A stretch of 39,949 bases of DNA from Gemmatimonadota bacterium (lineage in GTDB: Bacteria; Gemmatimonadota; Gemmatimonadetes; Gemmatimonadales; Gemmatimonadaceae): the NCBI GenBank assembly GCA_031372565.1, contig JANMLN010000189.1, positions 1-39,949 on the forward strand. The letters run 5' to 3'. Numbering within the stretch: position 1 is the stretch's first letter; each line of letters starts with the position of its first letter. The translations under genes were made by a program, and so were the position numbers. The notes beneath the pieces were generated by a model. The model saw nothing but the letters and a program-made list of their open reading frames with translations, searched no databases and was not told where the DNA came from. This document shows, piece by piece, positions 39,878 to 39,949 of the stretch.

Positions 39878-39949
39878 CCAGGCTCTTGTAGGCGGCCACC
39901 GCCGCGGGGGCATCGAGCTTGTCCTTGGGCAGGCTGGTGCGGATCACGT
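39878..39949 (-). mobile_element. Internal fragment of an IS1634-like transposase, running off the window
   Basis: A different frame reads (Y)VIRTSLPKDKLDAPAAVAAYKSLA, resembling the YVIRT...YKxLxxVERAFR region of IS1634-family DDE transposases. Only about 24 codons are visible. Confidence 0.55.

Overview
High-GC bacterial chromosome segment that is mostly housekeeping. Gene content and order suggest Gemmatimonadota, which is my inference and was not checked. Plus strand: partial TPR-rich protein, dut, tRNA-Asn(GTT), mreBCD-mrdA-rodA, accD-folC-hisS-proS-lysA-metallophosphoesterase-guaA, a MATE transporter, and secreted M16 and M14 peptidases. These are followed by minus-strand msrA, a small lipoprotein and a PTS IIA gene, then divergent dusB-GGDEF and tmRNA (tag ANTEMALAA). 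The right part is all minus strand: two tandem Ig-like + leishmanolysin-type (M8) lipoproteins, ppdK, purF, purL, a Zn-ribbon protein, a BamE-like protein and a purQ 3' remnant. I found no CRISPR array, prophage or clear multi-gene novel system. The best leads are: (1) a 31-bp REP-like palindromic family whose arms start 0 nt after stop codons; (2) the paralogous M8 lipoprotein pair with a strand-biased structured leader; (3) the purQ tail joined to IS1634-like transposase sequence at the window edge; (4) signatures of leaderless transcription and mirror-image divergent promoters. All protein calls come from motif recognition, not database searches.
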